The notes under the pieces were generated by a model. It made no database searches. It saw only the letters and a list, made by a program, of their open reading frames with translations, and was not told the origin of the DNA. From Eledone cirrhosa (taxonomy: Eukaryota), in assembly GCA_964016885.1 (NCBI GenBank), contig OZ024741.1:62744001-62808000 (forward strand): DNA of 64,000 nucleotides. The letters are read 5' to 3'. The position numbers and the translations under genes were made by a program. This document shows positions 25,083 through 40,664 of the stretch, in pieces (within the stretch, counting starts at the first letter, position 1; each line of letters begins with the position of its first letter).

Positions 25083-25290
25083 TAATTTTGGCACAAGATC
25101 AACAATTTGTGGAGAAGTGAAAGGCAATTATACCAACTCTAGTACTTGACTGGTACTTTATTTTATCGACATCGAAATGATGAAAGACAAAGATGATCTG
25201 AGCGGGATTTGAACTCAGAACAGAAAGGGTAGGACCATATGCCGTAATGCATTTTGTTCGACGTCCTAATCACTCTGTCAGTCCACCACA
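25083..25290 (-). mobile_element. SINE copy (diverged)
   Basis: ACTGGTACTTTATTTTATCGAC...GGGATTTGAACTCAGA. Confidence 0.75.
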
Positions 25291-25467
25291 CTAAAAGTAA
25301 CAACATTAGTGAAACAATATACTTATCATCATCATTGACCCATAATTTCTGTAGGGGTACCATACCGCATGTCTTGGGCATTTAAACATGGTGCAGCCCA
25401 TCCTCACTCCAAGTTTGAAAACAAGCAATTTCTTTCAGAGACGGGGTGATAGAAAGCGTAAGACAGT

Positions 25468-25620
<153 letters not shown>

Positions 25621-25799
25621 TAAAATTAGAATGAATATAGAGGAAAAATTGTTCAGACTACACCTGCTAGGCAGAACGGCCAAAATTCTCCACTCAGTCG
25701 AAAGAACAGCCAAATAGCATTTCTCACTGACAAATATAACTTGGAATATCCACCTAGAACTAAATAAATAAGAAAAAGAATCATGTAATTAACAGCAGC

Positions 25800-27050
25800 A
25801 GCAGCAACAAAAACTCTACTTTGAAGTCAGCAGACAGCTAGAAAATTACGCAAATAAAATTAGCACTAAAACAACAACAAATAACCATGAGAGCAAAGCG
25901 AAAACACCACCACCACTGAAACTAGATAAGATGGAGCTACCGTTGAAGTTACTGTTTCTGCTAACAATACTACGACAAAGGGGTTAGATTAAATTATATC
26001 GTCCAAATAACCGGAAATAACCAAGGCCATGCAGCATGTAACAAGAGTCGGCTGAACTGTGTTATTGGTTTTGTCGAAGTAAGTTCTCCAGGACACAGAA
26101 AAACAACTGTTGTATACCTATACATAGTCATCAAGTCCAAGAACATCAGGAGAGCCCAAAGTGACCAAATAGAAAGATTCTACAGTCCAAACTGCGGCAT
26201 CAAAATCTATGTAACACAAGCGAAAAGATCAGGCACAGTTTATGTGATGTTCTCAAATAAAGGAGACACCACTACAATTAAAAGAAAAACAAACATTCAA
26301 GAATCTCTCCCCCATTCCAATGTACTATGCAGAAGAACAGCAGGGGAGAACGGAAGAAACAGAGAAAGAGAGAGTGAGAGTTTGGTTTTCTTTGTGTTCA
26401 GACCTGGTGTATTTGTATATGTTTCACAGACACACACTCACACTGTTAAATATCTAAAATTATGATGGAAATCGTTTAGATAAATAACAAACATAGCCCC
26501 AGAAATAGATAGATGTGTACTAGAGGTGGTTGTTCTGACAGGACTAGGACTAGAACAAACAAAAACAAGAATATTCCAGGCTCAGAAGCCGAGGAAAACG
26601 ATCAAGAGAGATTCGAAGTCAACGCTGTACCAATGTATTTGTTAGGGATTAACCATCTGTTCGTTGTGGTGGAGGGCAGATCATTGAAATGTTACATTTC
26701 TGGCGTCGACACACATTTAAAGGTTTTCTTACCTTAAATTCAGGTAGATATACGATCGCTAATACCATGTACCATCAACAGCAACGGCAGAAAACAACAG
26801 CACAAATAACAGCTGTAACGAAATGTAACATCATCATCCACATCAGATACTGAATCAGGCCAACCACCACACCATAGCCGAGGACATGCTCCTGAATTCA
26901 GTATTGCCAGATATGCTCTGTGAGGAGAGTGACAAGTGACAAGAAGGGAGTGGAGAAAAACCAGTAAAACAGAACAAAACATTTTCCATTCAAAATGAAA
27001 TGTGGGCAAGAGAAAATTAAAAGCCACAAGGCTACAAAGCAACCAACACT
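25800..27050 (+). mobile_element. Highly decayed Tx1/L1-type ORF1 remnant
   Basis: YVTQAKRSGTVYVMF resembles YILKGKRYGTVVA (~13780); LFVVVEGRSLKCYISGVDTHLKVF looks like a degenerate zinc knuckle. Confidence 0.45.
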
Positions 27051-27429
27051 AACCACACCACCACCATCAGCAGCTCTCTATTGCCACCACTACCACCGCC
27101 ACCACCACCCACCTACAACAACAACAACAAGAAGATATGTGTCTGTGTGTCCATGTGTGTGAGTAGGGTGCGAGATAGACAGATAGAGATGTTATTAAAT
27201 AAACACCACTACATCTTAATAAATTCCTCTATTAAATATGAAGAAATGCTATTCTAATACAGAATTGATGTCATACTAGTGCTTTTTTCTCAGACATTAC
27301 ATAATCTCACTCCTTTATGAAACTATTACTGTAAACTTACAAGTGTGAATATATGGATTTTGCTTATGTCAGGGTATTACATATTTCTTGAGTACATTTA
27401 TGTAATGTTTTATTACATATGCACCCATC

Positions 27430-27604
<175 letters not shown>

Positions 27605-29326
27605 AGTATACGAAAGTGACCGAATTTATTTTCGCGATCTCCAGCACTACCCATTCACTTGCAAGCTTTCAAGTAAGAACGTACAAGCTATCATTTATAG
27701 TGTACACAATAGTTAATAAGTAAATAAGATGGTAGTGTTTTGATATCAAATTTCTGGACGGATCTCCTTACTGCGCAGCATTCTGTCTATAATAATTATC
27801 AAAAGTGTTATATGTAGAGAATTGCCTAATATCAGCAGATATTAAACTATTTGTGCTGCTGCGCCTCCTCAGCCAGATGCCCATCTCAAAATGTTCGTCT
27901 TTAAAGTGAACACAACTGTACATAATGCTAGCTTTCAGTTCAATGCTGTCATGGCACATGAAGCTTATAAAAGAAGCAAATTTCTTGTTGAGAAAAACAC
28001 GTATTGGTGAGTTGAAATAGCAAAAAAATGGAATTCCCACCAAAAAAAGAACCCAACTAGTATCAAACAAAGGCTGATTTTCAATATAAAATCGAACAAT
28101 AAATATATAATCAATATATAAAAATAGAAATGTTCAGGAAAGTTCTGATGATGTATTACGAATGAAACACTTCGAACAGAGCGTTGGGGAGAGCGACAGA
28201 CGTTACACCTGTGTTCATTATATATGATATTCCCAACTTGATAAAGGTACTTGTATAAGCTATATTGTGAAGTCAGTCATGTCTTGTTCCTTTTTAGCAG
28301 GAAACAGGTTTGACTCGCGAGAATGGATTTTACAGATAAGACATATCAGATTTCACTGCCATATTTGTACATACTTGTATTCATGTTGTTAACAGTATGC
28401 TAATATAACTTCTGGTCATCTATAAAGTAAAAGTTCTTTCTAGATTCAGCTTGTCCATTTCGAATTTGCTACTTTTCTTGAGCAGGAGTGACAAAAGGAT
28501 TAGTGGGTTGACAAGGAGTAATATTGATTAACTTTCTCTGTACTTTCTCTGACTTATGATATATCGTGTCAGATTTTATTTATTTATTATGACATGTTTG
28601 GGAGTAAAGTGGGTTACAAGTTTTAGTAGGTGTCGAACAGCAGCGACCAGTGGTTATAGAGCTTTTGCTAATTGCAATGAGTTGATAATTCACCCCTCTG
28701 GTATACCATGGATGGCGTTCTGGTGGTCCAGCTAAATTAAAGCTAAGTATTTGCGGTTCTTTACATTTTTTCCTTGTAACAATCCGTTGATTATTAGCTG
28801 CTCTATACAGCTCCGTACTTCCTTATTGCTCCTATTTGCTCATGAGTTATAATATTGTTGGTGGAACAATAATTTAGTGTTTATCTTATACATGTCAATT
28901 TCGCAGGCTATTGGGCGGAAAATTGTAGGTTGGATAGTTTCGATATTATTTGAAAGGTAGACGATAGCCAAATGTTACGTATAATGCTTTCCTGATGTTG
29001 TATTCATACACTGTTATCAAATCTGAGCAATGAACGATAGATTTCTTGAAATAAAATATTGTTGCAAGATGTGGCCTTGGAATTTTCCCCTAGTCTATGA
29101 CTTTGCAATACTGTGCCATTAATTACATATTGTTTTCTTCCACATATTTGCAATAGGTCTGCTTAAGTACTTCCATCAGTACAGCTTGCTTGATCAATTT
29201 ATTTCTTCTTTACTTAGATTTCTAGTAGTTTTCAAAATGTACTGTTCCTTGTTTTTACAATGAGTATACACACTTTGAAGCAACGAAGTTTTAGGTTCTC
29301 TTGGAAAATTCTATTCAACATTAGTT

Positions 29327-29327
29327 A

Positions 29328-29419
<92 letters not shown>

Positions 29420-29430
29420 CATCTATCTAC
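29327..29430. repeat. (TATC)n microsatellite
   Basis: Directly visible. Confidence 0.95.
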
Positions 29431-29827
29431 CTACATAACTCCCTCCTTAGCCATATATATACCTACCTACGCATGTATCTACATATTTATCTACTTACCT
29501 ACTTATCTGCCTATATGGTTACTTATATAAATATCTACCTACACACACATACACACAATCAGAGTATTGTATTCCAGTGTCCTTAATGTTAGTGCTATAC
29601 ATATTGAAGTTGTAAACGTACATTGCACTTACTTTCAAAAGTGCAATGTACTTTGTATCGATTTAGCTGTAAGAATTGAATTCATTATATTCATAATGGG
29701 GAAGTTGCTTTCATTGAAAAAATGATTTTTACGAATGTAGAATACCAAACTCTCTCCATATTTTAAACATGTAAACAAACCAGACTTACTGGAGCGAATC
29801 CATATCAATAAATCGACCACGTGTCTT

Positions 29828-31030
29828 ATTATTATTGATATTAGTATTATTATGGTTCATTTGTGTAAATACTAGGCAATCATCTTGTTATTTAAGTTAG
29901 GAGCAGTCAACAACAGTTTGACAAATGTTCCTCACTGCATTCTCCCCTCTTCTTTAAAAATCCTTGCTGTACCGAAACGTGCTGTCTTCTGCATTACCTA
30001 TAACCTTGCATTAATTCCAATATCTATTTATACAGTCCTAAAATCTCTTCGATATACATTCTACTGCTCCGATCACAGCTGGAATCACTAATACCTTTTC
30101 ACCCCCAACAACTTTCCAGCCTTCTAATTCACTGGCTTATACTTCTCTATCTTTTCATGCTCTTTATGCTTTACTCGAATATCTCCTGGAACAGATATAT
30201 CGATAATTTGGGCCACGTTTTTCTTCTTGTTTACAACTAAAATGTCTGACCTTCTTGCTTCAATCATTCTATTACATTGAATGATGAAGTCCTACACAAG
30301 CTTAAATTCGTCATTCTCTAACACATCTTCTCGTCCCTGCTCATAACATTCCGTTGCTCTAACAAACCCAAATTTTACAGATACCATCCAATAGATATAT
30401 CTGGCAAAATTATCATGTCGTCTTTTGTAATCTTGCCAATTTAACACATTGGCTTACAATATGGCTGGCCGTTTCTCCTTTTGTTCTACGCATCCTACAT
30501 AACCATGATTTTATCATTTTGTCAACATAATATTTAATGTAGTTAGTTCAAAGAATCTGTTCCTAGGCGCTGCACACCTTTGTTGCATCATTTCAGAATA
30601 CCATTTATAATCCACGACCAGCTCTTTTGCCAAACAATGTCTACTTTATCTCTAGCGTACTGTCCATGCTTAGGTTTATCCTTCCATTCCTTTTCAAATT
30701 ATATTTTCACCCTCTTCTTACATTCCTTAGATGTTACTGCATCAGCAGATTTTAGTGTATCGAGGTCTCTAACCTTTGGCATAACGATTCCCTTTATATT
30801 ATTCAGGTACCAAACTAGGTTGTTTTCTTCGCTTTTGACACAATTTTCACGACTTATCAGTCCTCTACTTCTTTTTTTGTCTTCCAACATAAAGTCTTGC
30901 GACATCACTCTTTGGGTGGAGTTCCTTATGCTTACTCATCAATTTTCTAATTTTCCTATCAATACTCTCCAACTGTGGGAGACCATATCGCAGGATTTCT
31001 TATAGTCTAGTCACACCACGGCTAAGTTAT
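29828..31030 (-). mobile_element. R4/Dong-clade LINE 3' fragment (CCHC finger + restriction-like endonuclease) ending at (TAA)n
   Basis: CRMRRTKGETASHIVSQC...RHDNFARYIYW...ENDEFKLV*DF...EARRSDILVV...IIDISVPGD...EKIEKY; degenerate TAA run at the 3' end. Confidence 0.8.
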
Positions 31031-32262
31031 TTGCACCAGCTGTTTCGGTAGAATATCATTCTCCTTGAGAAACGTATACACGGTTCCTATATGATTCCAG
31101 TCATAAGTTTCTACATTAGTGGCAAACATGATATAGGTCTAAAATTATTTACTACATTGCCTTTAGTAGGGTCATTTAAACAGAGCTCAGTCGTACCCAT
31201 TGTCATCCATATAGGTATCTATGCATGGTTGATAAGATGGCATTCATTTGAGTTGTGATTCGTTCATGTAAAGTTAATTGGTTAATTGATATTCTAATTC
31301 TTCTCTTCCACCACAGTTCCTTCTCTTTTTCCCATTCGGTGGATTTACAAATCCTATTTTCCTTGCAACAAACACAAGCGCAGCACCTTTATTTGTATTA
31401 GATATTTTTCCGTTCTAATATCTTTCATTACCACGTTCACCATTTTTGTCCATTCAATTAGAGATGTTCTACCCACTTTCTTCAGTCACTGTATTTAGTT
31501 CAGATAACTCTCTTTCATTATCACGACCATCTCATTAATCATTTCCTTCTCCGTTTCCCTCATTTCATTCTTCTCTAAGATATTAATAAAGAAACTGTTA
31601 TTATCACTTTCTGTTGCCTTCTGTCCTTTCTTCTGTGTTTTAATTAATATCTTATTTTTTTAGTTTTCACAATCACTTTGCTTCTATACATTTTTGATGA
31701 TAACTTAGCTGGAATTTCTAGTTGCTTGAATGGCCGAGTAAATTTTTTATCGTTGTCTCGCACGCTCCATATATGTCTGCTGCATATCATAATGACGCGA
31801 GTGGTAGAAAATGGAAAAATTGTCATTTGGGGTTTGAACTTCAAACATAATCAAGAATTATGAAGTTTCCCATTACATTAATTAACAGTTATGTAGAAGT
31901 TAGTGATGATGATAGCTATAACGACAACAATACCAACGAGGAAGACGATGGTGTTGATAACAATAATAAAAGCAACCGATAATGGAGATGATAGTTCTTA
32001 TTCCGTTCTCTCTTATCATGTTGCAAAACTGTATATTCTTTGAGCTTTTCATAAACAATGTTTCCTAATTTTATTTTTAAAATCTCATTGTATGAAATCT
32101 GATAATTGTAGTGGAAACACCTGCTTAACACATGATTAAATGTTCCAGTTTACGTATTTACGTTAATGCAAAACGTCTGCATTCAATGGAGAGTTGTCAT
32201 CCACACACACACGTGCGCGCGCACGCACACACACACATATATATATATATATATACAAATAG

Positions 32263-33420
<1,158 letters not shown>

Positions 33421-33499
33421 GGGCCGTCAAGTATGAAATTTGTAGAAATTTGTAGGGAAAGAACCAATTTCTACAAATTTCATACCTGAGGTCCCAATA

Positions 33500-33645
33500 T
33501 ATATATATATATGTGTATGTGTGTGTTTGTGTGTGTGTGTCCAGAACTTTTCCAAAAGAGATAGAATGAGGAATAACGTAAAGATAATAATAAGGCACAT
33601 ATATGTTAAGGTCGCCGTTTTGGAAAAGTTCTGGACACACACACA

Positions 33646-33700
<55 letters not shown>
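33500..33700. repeat. Small inverted repeat (TA-GT-CCAGAACTTTTCCAAAA arms)
   Basis: GTGTGTCCAGAACTTTTCCAAAA vs TTTTGGAAAAGTTCTGGACACAC. Confidence 0.85.
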
Positions 33701-33713
<13 letters not shown>

Positions 33714-33962
33714 CAGCTCCTGATTATTACTGGAATTCCATAGGAATCCAGCTTCTATAATTTTCGGCGGAAGCATGGGGAGCGCGAGGTTCTTATGAAC
33801 GCTAGCCAGACTGTCAACCCCTCTCTCTTCTTTCGCCGAAAATAAGTAAGTGACATAGTCACTACTTTAAAACTGATAGCGTTTGGTCTTCTAAATGTTT
33901 TTAATTAAACATACGGTATATTGCCAAATGTACTATGCATACATTCTTATATATATACATAC

Positions 33963-34329
<367 letters not shown>

Positions 34330-34330
34330 A

Positions 34331-34440
<110 letters not shown>

Positions 34441-34705
34441 GCATGGATGGATGGATGGATATTATAATATGTGTAGGTTTGGGTGATGTGACGAGTTCTG
34501 TAGTGGTGGAAAACACTTTAGGTCTCAGTACCTTCGCTCACAGAGTCTAGTAAACCTTTTCTGTGTCCAAGGTTACTTTCCTCGGTTTTCTCAACTAATA
34601 TTTATTGTAATACTCATTTGTATGGGGTGACAACATTTGGAAGTCTAATAGTCGTTGTTTATGTACACACATATATGCAGTTACATACATACACACGTAC
34701 ACACT

Positions 34706-34776
<71 letters not shown>

Positions 34777-35054
34777 ATACGTGTGTGTGTGTGTGTGTGT
34801 GCGTGAGTGTGTGTATGTGTGTGTCTGCGTATTTACGTATGCAAGTTTTTTTCTTATATGCATTTGCAGGAATATGTGTGCTTATGCCTTGATTTCCCCA
34901 GGTATTTATAGTATTTATAATTGATTAAAACCATAGAAGTCGTGCCAGCTACGTATTCACCAATGAGTGAAGGAGAAACAGAGAGCAATACTACAATTAA
35001 ACAAGTTCTAGTTGATGATATAATCGTTTCTGATTTAATAAAAAAATTGGTCAA

Positions 35055-35243
35055 CAATTTTCGGGAGGGTTAAATCGATTAAATCGACACCAGTGCATTA
35101 CAGGTACTTCATTTTATCGACCTCATAAGGATGAAAGGCAAAGCTAACCTTGGCAGGATTTTAAATCAGAACGTAAAGGGCCGTAACTCTATGCTGCAAA
35201 GCATGGTATCTGATGCTCTAGCGATACTGCCAATCCACTGCGT
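35055..35243 (-). mobile_element. SINE copy
   Basis: GGTACTTCATTTTATCGACC..TAAGGATGAAAGGCAAAG...GATACTGCCAATCCAC. Confidence 0.85.
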
Positions 35244-36139
35244 TAGTTGATGATGTAATACTCCATTTTTTATAACGCCGTTCTTTACCTAACGAAAGGA
35301 CGTATTTACAGTTAGATGAAGTAAACGAATGACATTTACCTTTTCGTTATATATAAAAAGAAAGGCACTGTTCATGACAAGGTTTCCAAACCAGGGTGAT
35401 GAGTAACAGAACAGAAAATGGTAGGTGTTTGGAAATTTTGGTTGGTGATATAGGATATTGAGTCTGAAAAAGGTATTTCAGAATATGCTCCCCGAAAAAA
35501 ATATTCAAAGAGGATACGCAAAGAACATGTATAAAAAAACAACAGCAAAACAAAAAAACGGGAGGCTAAATGGGAGTAACTAGGCCACATTCCTAGATAA
35601 GATGTAAACAACTCCGTAAACAAGGAAAGTTTTGGTATTTTCTACAGGTTTGAAAATGGCCATTCACATTTAAATAGTTCTTCGGACGAAATTCTCTTTC
35701 GGGTATATATCAGATGAGGAAAGGCCAAGAATAAGTCTGACAGTAAAATTAAGAAGTGACGTTATGATAAACTTGTCAACGTCGCCAGCACCGAGAGATC
35801 ACACATAAAATTGGCATAAGCGATGATTTCTAAGAACTCTATGACATGCCGTAGACAAGGAGATGTGGATGACAATGACAGACAAAATATAAGAATCCCA
35901 AGATGGGACCGGTTCATTGCTCAATGCTCATGCTCATGTAAATATACAGCCACCTGAAGGTGTTGGCTTGTATTTATTACAAAGTGACTACTACACTCTT
36001 GTGTTCTCGTATTTGTGAATTATTGAAAACGGTCTTTGAGTAAGAATAGAACAAACATTTTGTTATCGATTGTTCCTACTATTTTCTCTTTGTATTGTAT
36101 GACTTTTAGACGCCCCCATTTAATAACATTTGTCGTCAA

Positions 36140-37614
36140 CACAGCATTGAATATTTATCTTATGGGTTTATCGCTTCTCCTCTGAGCAGTCAACCAAACG
36201 TTAAGCAACGAAACAATGAAGCCTACACGCTTAAAGTATCATTTATATTCTAAGCATGCCGACCAGAAGAAAAAATATTTGTCATATTTCTTACAACTTA
36301 AGATCTCATACAAAAAGCACAATTATTTAGACAATTCCACTTAGTAATAACACAATTTCTCAAAGCATAGATGAAATGGCGTCAAACATCAATTCATATC
36401 TCCAGAGTTGACAAATTAACAGAAATTGATGATGATCTATATTCGTTTTTCAATAAAATTATTCAACCTTGTGAGTAGATGTTCACTGATCGGTTTTTGT
36501 TTGACTTTAGATTTATTGAAGCTATGTTTTAATGAGCATAACATCCCATGAACAATATTGTTGCTTGTGCATCTGATGGAGCGCCTGCTATGGTAGATAG
36601 ATACTGATGGTTCTCTTCTCTCTTAAAATTTGAACTTTCGTATCCTGTTGTAATAGTTCATTGTGTGGTTCATTGACAGCATTTAGTAGTAGAAAATATC
36701 AACTGGAAGCTTTAGTGATGTATTGCAGTTAATTATTAAAACTGAAAAATTAAAATCGTAATCTTCGTTTGAACGAATTTTCCGTCAATTCTGCCTTGAT
36801 AATGATAACAACTATATTAGTCTTTTGTACCGTACTTAAGTATGATGGTTGTCAAAACGCAACTGTGTTGACGGTTTTTCGAACGGTTTGGTACAAAATA
36901 TTTTGTTTTCAATACACTCCACCACTTCTCTGATTGCTTCAAATTGTGATATTTTTTCCCTAGTGACATATTCGATAAACTAAATGACCTCAACACGTTA
37001 TTGCAAGGAAAGCAAAAAGCGCTTGTCGGCTGTAAATCACCCATCCTTGCCTTTTATAAGATGAACACTTCAATACGTCAACACTATCAATTTAGCTTGA
37101 AAGATGAATTGGTTGATGTTGATGACCTTACATATTGTGATTATTTGCAATCCATGCATGATGACATGGTGCAGTTATTTCAGGATATTATTGTATTGCT
37201 TGTTCCAGGATGGTTTAACAACCTGTTCTAAGTTGAAGTATTCGATTGCAAAGACAGTGTGCAGGCAGAATTGATATATTTACAAAATGATAATGATGCC
37301 ACCATGCAGTATTTGCTTCAAGGTAAACACGACTTGTGGTATCATGAAAGAATAGTGACATCTTATCCAAATCTAATAAAATTTAATAGAATACAGTTTT
37401 GTATGGTCAGGTTTGCTTTCATTTCTTAACACTGTAATAGAATCAGCAAACACCGTACTTTGGTACTTTTACTCATCAAACGTCAGTTTACGAACCAGTA
37501 AGAAACTTTACAAAACATTTTTGTTATGCTTTTGAATATTTACTATGCAGTTGGGCGGTCAACAATTTTTCCATGTGTAAGCGGTGGTGACGCCAAAAAT
37601 ATTGGGTAGCACTG
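36140..37614 (+). mobile_element. hAT (Buster/Charlie-type) DNA transposon fossil with right TIR
   Basis: EYLSYGF...NETMKPTRLKYHL, NIVACASDGAPAMV, VHCVVH*QHLV, WLSK, DIFDKLNDLNTLLQGK; ends TTGGGTAGCACTG; left TIR not seen. Confidence 0.85.
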
Positions 37615-38834
37615 GCCCATGATTTACAAATCTTTTTGAAAATAATATAAAAGTTTTCTCTTTATTAATTTAACAAATTTTCTTACATGATGGAAGTGTC
37701 CCGGATTACATAAACATCTTAAAATAATAATTATCGTTATCATAGAATCAGGAGCGTTTTCAAACAGTTTGATATAAGGTTTGTTAAATAATTCTCAATA
37801 TTTGAAACATCCACTTTTTAACTTATGTTGCAATATTCAATGTATCCAACTATATGCAAAACTTTAACAAATGAATGATGCTTTGATAAATATATTTTGC
37901 AATATTGAATTATAATTTCGTTTTTAGAGAAGTTTCTTTTTGAAGAAAATATTCATTTAAAGCGAACTGGTATGAGGCAAATAATACATAAAGTGAGATA
38001 TGAATTAATTAAGAAATATTCGTAATTTGCAATTATTAATATTTCATAAATGGCAATTACTTCAGTATGCTGTAGATGAAACTTAGTTATAGCTATATTA
38101 TTTTAATTTCCCTCAAGGTTTTAATACACCAATCTACACTTTCTCTCAATTGGTGTGGAGGAATGATTAAGTTAGGATAAAACATACAAACATAGAATTT
38201 AATATTTTGCTTTTAAAACAATTACTCTGATTTCTTAAAATTTTTACCAATTATTTGTCAAATATTTGTCAACAATTAGTTTTAAAATATTAATGAGAAT
38301 ATATATTTTAAACTTATATTGTTAGGAACAGAAAATCAGAAATATACATACATAATTTTGTACAATTTTATCACAGAGATACACATATAGAAAGTAATAT
38401 AGGCCTAATACCAAAACACGATTCTTTACTCTGAGTATTAAACGGATTGGAGATGAGTCTTTTTCTGTTTAGTTAAAGTACTGTGAAAAAATGCAAGTAG
38501 GTTCTCTGCCCATAGGAATATAGCGAGGCACTGCAAGCAGTAGTAGTACGATTGGTTGTAGCGGCGAATAGCTATTCACAGTTAGGTACTCTAGATCATT
38601 ACTGAGCTTAGTGTGTTAGCCATAGATATAATGAAATTTAGGTAAAATTGCACTAACCAGGCATTTAAAAAATATTATACAGGAGAACAACAATGCAGTT
38701 ATTCAGAAGACAAACAAAAGAACTGCCCTTCGGGCGGTTTTCTGTTAGCATATGTAGTGTGCGTATTGGTATTATAGGCAAATATATATATGCATATAGA
38801 TATACGTAAATTGAAAAGTAAATCGACAATATCT

Positions 38835-39445
38835 TCTTATTCGCCCACTTATTTCTGAGCGGGTCGTGGGGCAGAGTCCTCCTCAAACACTCCTTCCAGC
38901 AAGTCTGTCAGAAGCAAACATCTCTAACTGATCCAGCTGGATCCAACTATCTTGCTCAGGGTCTACATCTGGTTTTCATACCGGTTGGTTTTGCCCTTAA
39001 AATCTGCCCAGCGATTCTTTCCTGAGACATTCTAACCACATGTCCATAGTATCGGTGCTGTGATCTCTCAATCCAGAGAAGTAGCGGCTCTACCTGAAGT
39101 GACTCTCTAATCTCCGAGCTATGCACTTTATCGACTAAAGTTACTGCAAAGACCCTTCAGAGGAACCCCATTTCGGCCGCTTGTATTTGCAATCGTATTC
39201 TTTCGGTCATTACCCAAGATTCATGACCATAGGTAAGGGTTGGCAGGAATACCAGAAAAACAGTGAGTTAGGCTTTTACACCTACCTCACTTCTGATTAC
39301 TAAATGCTGAAGCTGGCGCATTGCTGCATCAGCTTTTGCAATTCTTGCATTTAATCCAGCTTCCTGCATTCCATTACTCGTGAATACGGCCCGGAGATAC
39401 TTGAACTCCTCTACCTGCTTCAGTGGAGCTCCGTTGACATGTATA
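38835..39445 (-). mobile_element. Rex3/Expander-like RTE LINE 3' fragment
   Basis: QVEEFKYL...PTLTYGHESWVMTERIRLQIQAAEMGFL...SSEIRESLQVEPLLLWIERSQHRYYGHVVRM. Confidence 0.88.
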
Positions 39446-40150
39446 TAAATTTGAGGGACTTCTATCTATCCGTCCGTCCCACAATGTGTGTGTGTGTGTT
39501 CGTGTGAATGTATATGTGTGTAAAAGGAAGGAAGGGGATACACACATATATATGTCTCTAACTTAAAAACGGTAACACAAACACACACATACACACACAC
39601 ACACACACACAGATATATATATATATATGTTAATTTCTAATTGTTAATTTTTTAATTATTTAATTTATAATTTTTTAAATTGTTTAATTTATAATTTTTG
39701 ATTTAGGATTTTAATTTTTATTTCCAACTCTCACTCATAACTTCCAATGTAAAACCATGATACCTAGAATAAGTATATTTTCTCTTGGGAGTTGATGGTC
39801 AGTCGTACTGTCCATGCTTGGTGAGAGGTAGTATTGGGACCTGTAAAAACTAACACTCTCCCATCCCCTCTGGCTTTCGGCTGACTGCCACAGACGGGAC
39901 GGGTAGCAGTAAACTATGGTACAGGCCTAGATGGGTCATTGTTTGGCTGAGGGGGTGAACTGACTAAGCGAATTTCGTTGATATCTGCGGTAGCTAATGG
40001 TCAACTTCCTTCGAACATGCGTCTGCGCAGACCGGTGGGGTGAATTGGTACTCACAGGGGAGCGGATGAAGAACCCAAAAGCACACACTTCGTCCGTTCC
40101 CATCGATTCAACTTGGATTGCCTCGGAAACATAACCTTATTATATAACAA

Positions 40151-40224
40151 GCTGTCTGATGATGTCACGACACTCGCACACAGAACAGTGTGGCCAGTGT
40201 CGTCATTGAAATATATATCACAGC
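40151..40224 (+). ncRNA. Type-I hammerhead ribozyme motif with extended stem II
   Basis: GCTGT-CTGATGA-TGTCACGACACTCGCACACAGAACAGTGTGGCCAGTGTCGTCATT-GAAA-T-ATAT-ATC|ACAGC; perfect 5-bp stem I, palindromic loop III. Confidence 0.8.
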
Positions 40225-40235
40225 ATTATTATTAA

Positions 40236-40625
40236 AGTGTGGTGGATTGGCAGTATCGGTAGAGGGTCGGACGCCATGCTTTCCAGCATAGTTACGTCCC
40301 TTTACGATCTGAGTTCAAATCCCGCCGAGGTTGACTTTGCCTTTCATCCTTACGGGGTCGATAAAATAAAGTACCAGTAATGCACTGGGTAATTGCTGGC
40401 CTTGTGCCAAAAGTAGAAACAATTATTATTAAAGTGTGGATTGGCAGTATCGGTAGAGAGTCGGACGCCATGCTTTCCAGCATAGTTACGTCCTCCCTTT
40501 ACAGTCTGAGTTCAAATCCCGCCGAGGTTAACTTTGCCTTTCATCCTTACGGGGTCGATAAAATAAAGTACCAGTAATGTACTGGGTAATTGATGGCCTT
40601 GTGCCAAAAGTAGAAACAATTATTA
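40236..40625 (+). mobile_element. Tandem pair of young tRNA-derived SINEs (Nin/Deu-domain-like)
   Basis: A box TGGCAGTATCGG, B box GAGTTCAAATCC, body GCCTTTCATCCTTACGGGGTCGATAAAATAAAGTACCAG; ATTATTATTAAAG at 40225, 40422, 40619. Confidence 0.9.
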
Positions 40626-40664
40626 TTAAAGGACTTGAACATCTGAAACTACTTCGCTTTTACT

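Noticed and set aside
28142-28182. Hammerhead-like CTGATGA...GAAAC
   Set aside because: Stem II, stem III and cleavage triplet do not fit together; surrounding sequence is too decayed to classify.
35370-35760. Possible LINE 3' remnant (LGHIPR, GRPRI-like words)
   Set aside because: Too degenerate to support a call.
39754-39802. SECIS-like ATGAT...AA...TGAT arrangement
   Set aside because: The upper helix pairs poorly and there is no linked ORF.
40240-40330. tRNA gene
   Set aside because: A and B boxes are present but run into a SINE body repeated many times; no cloverleaf.
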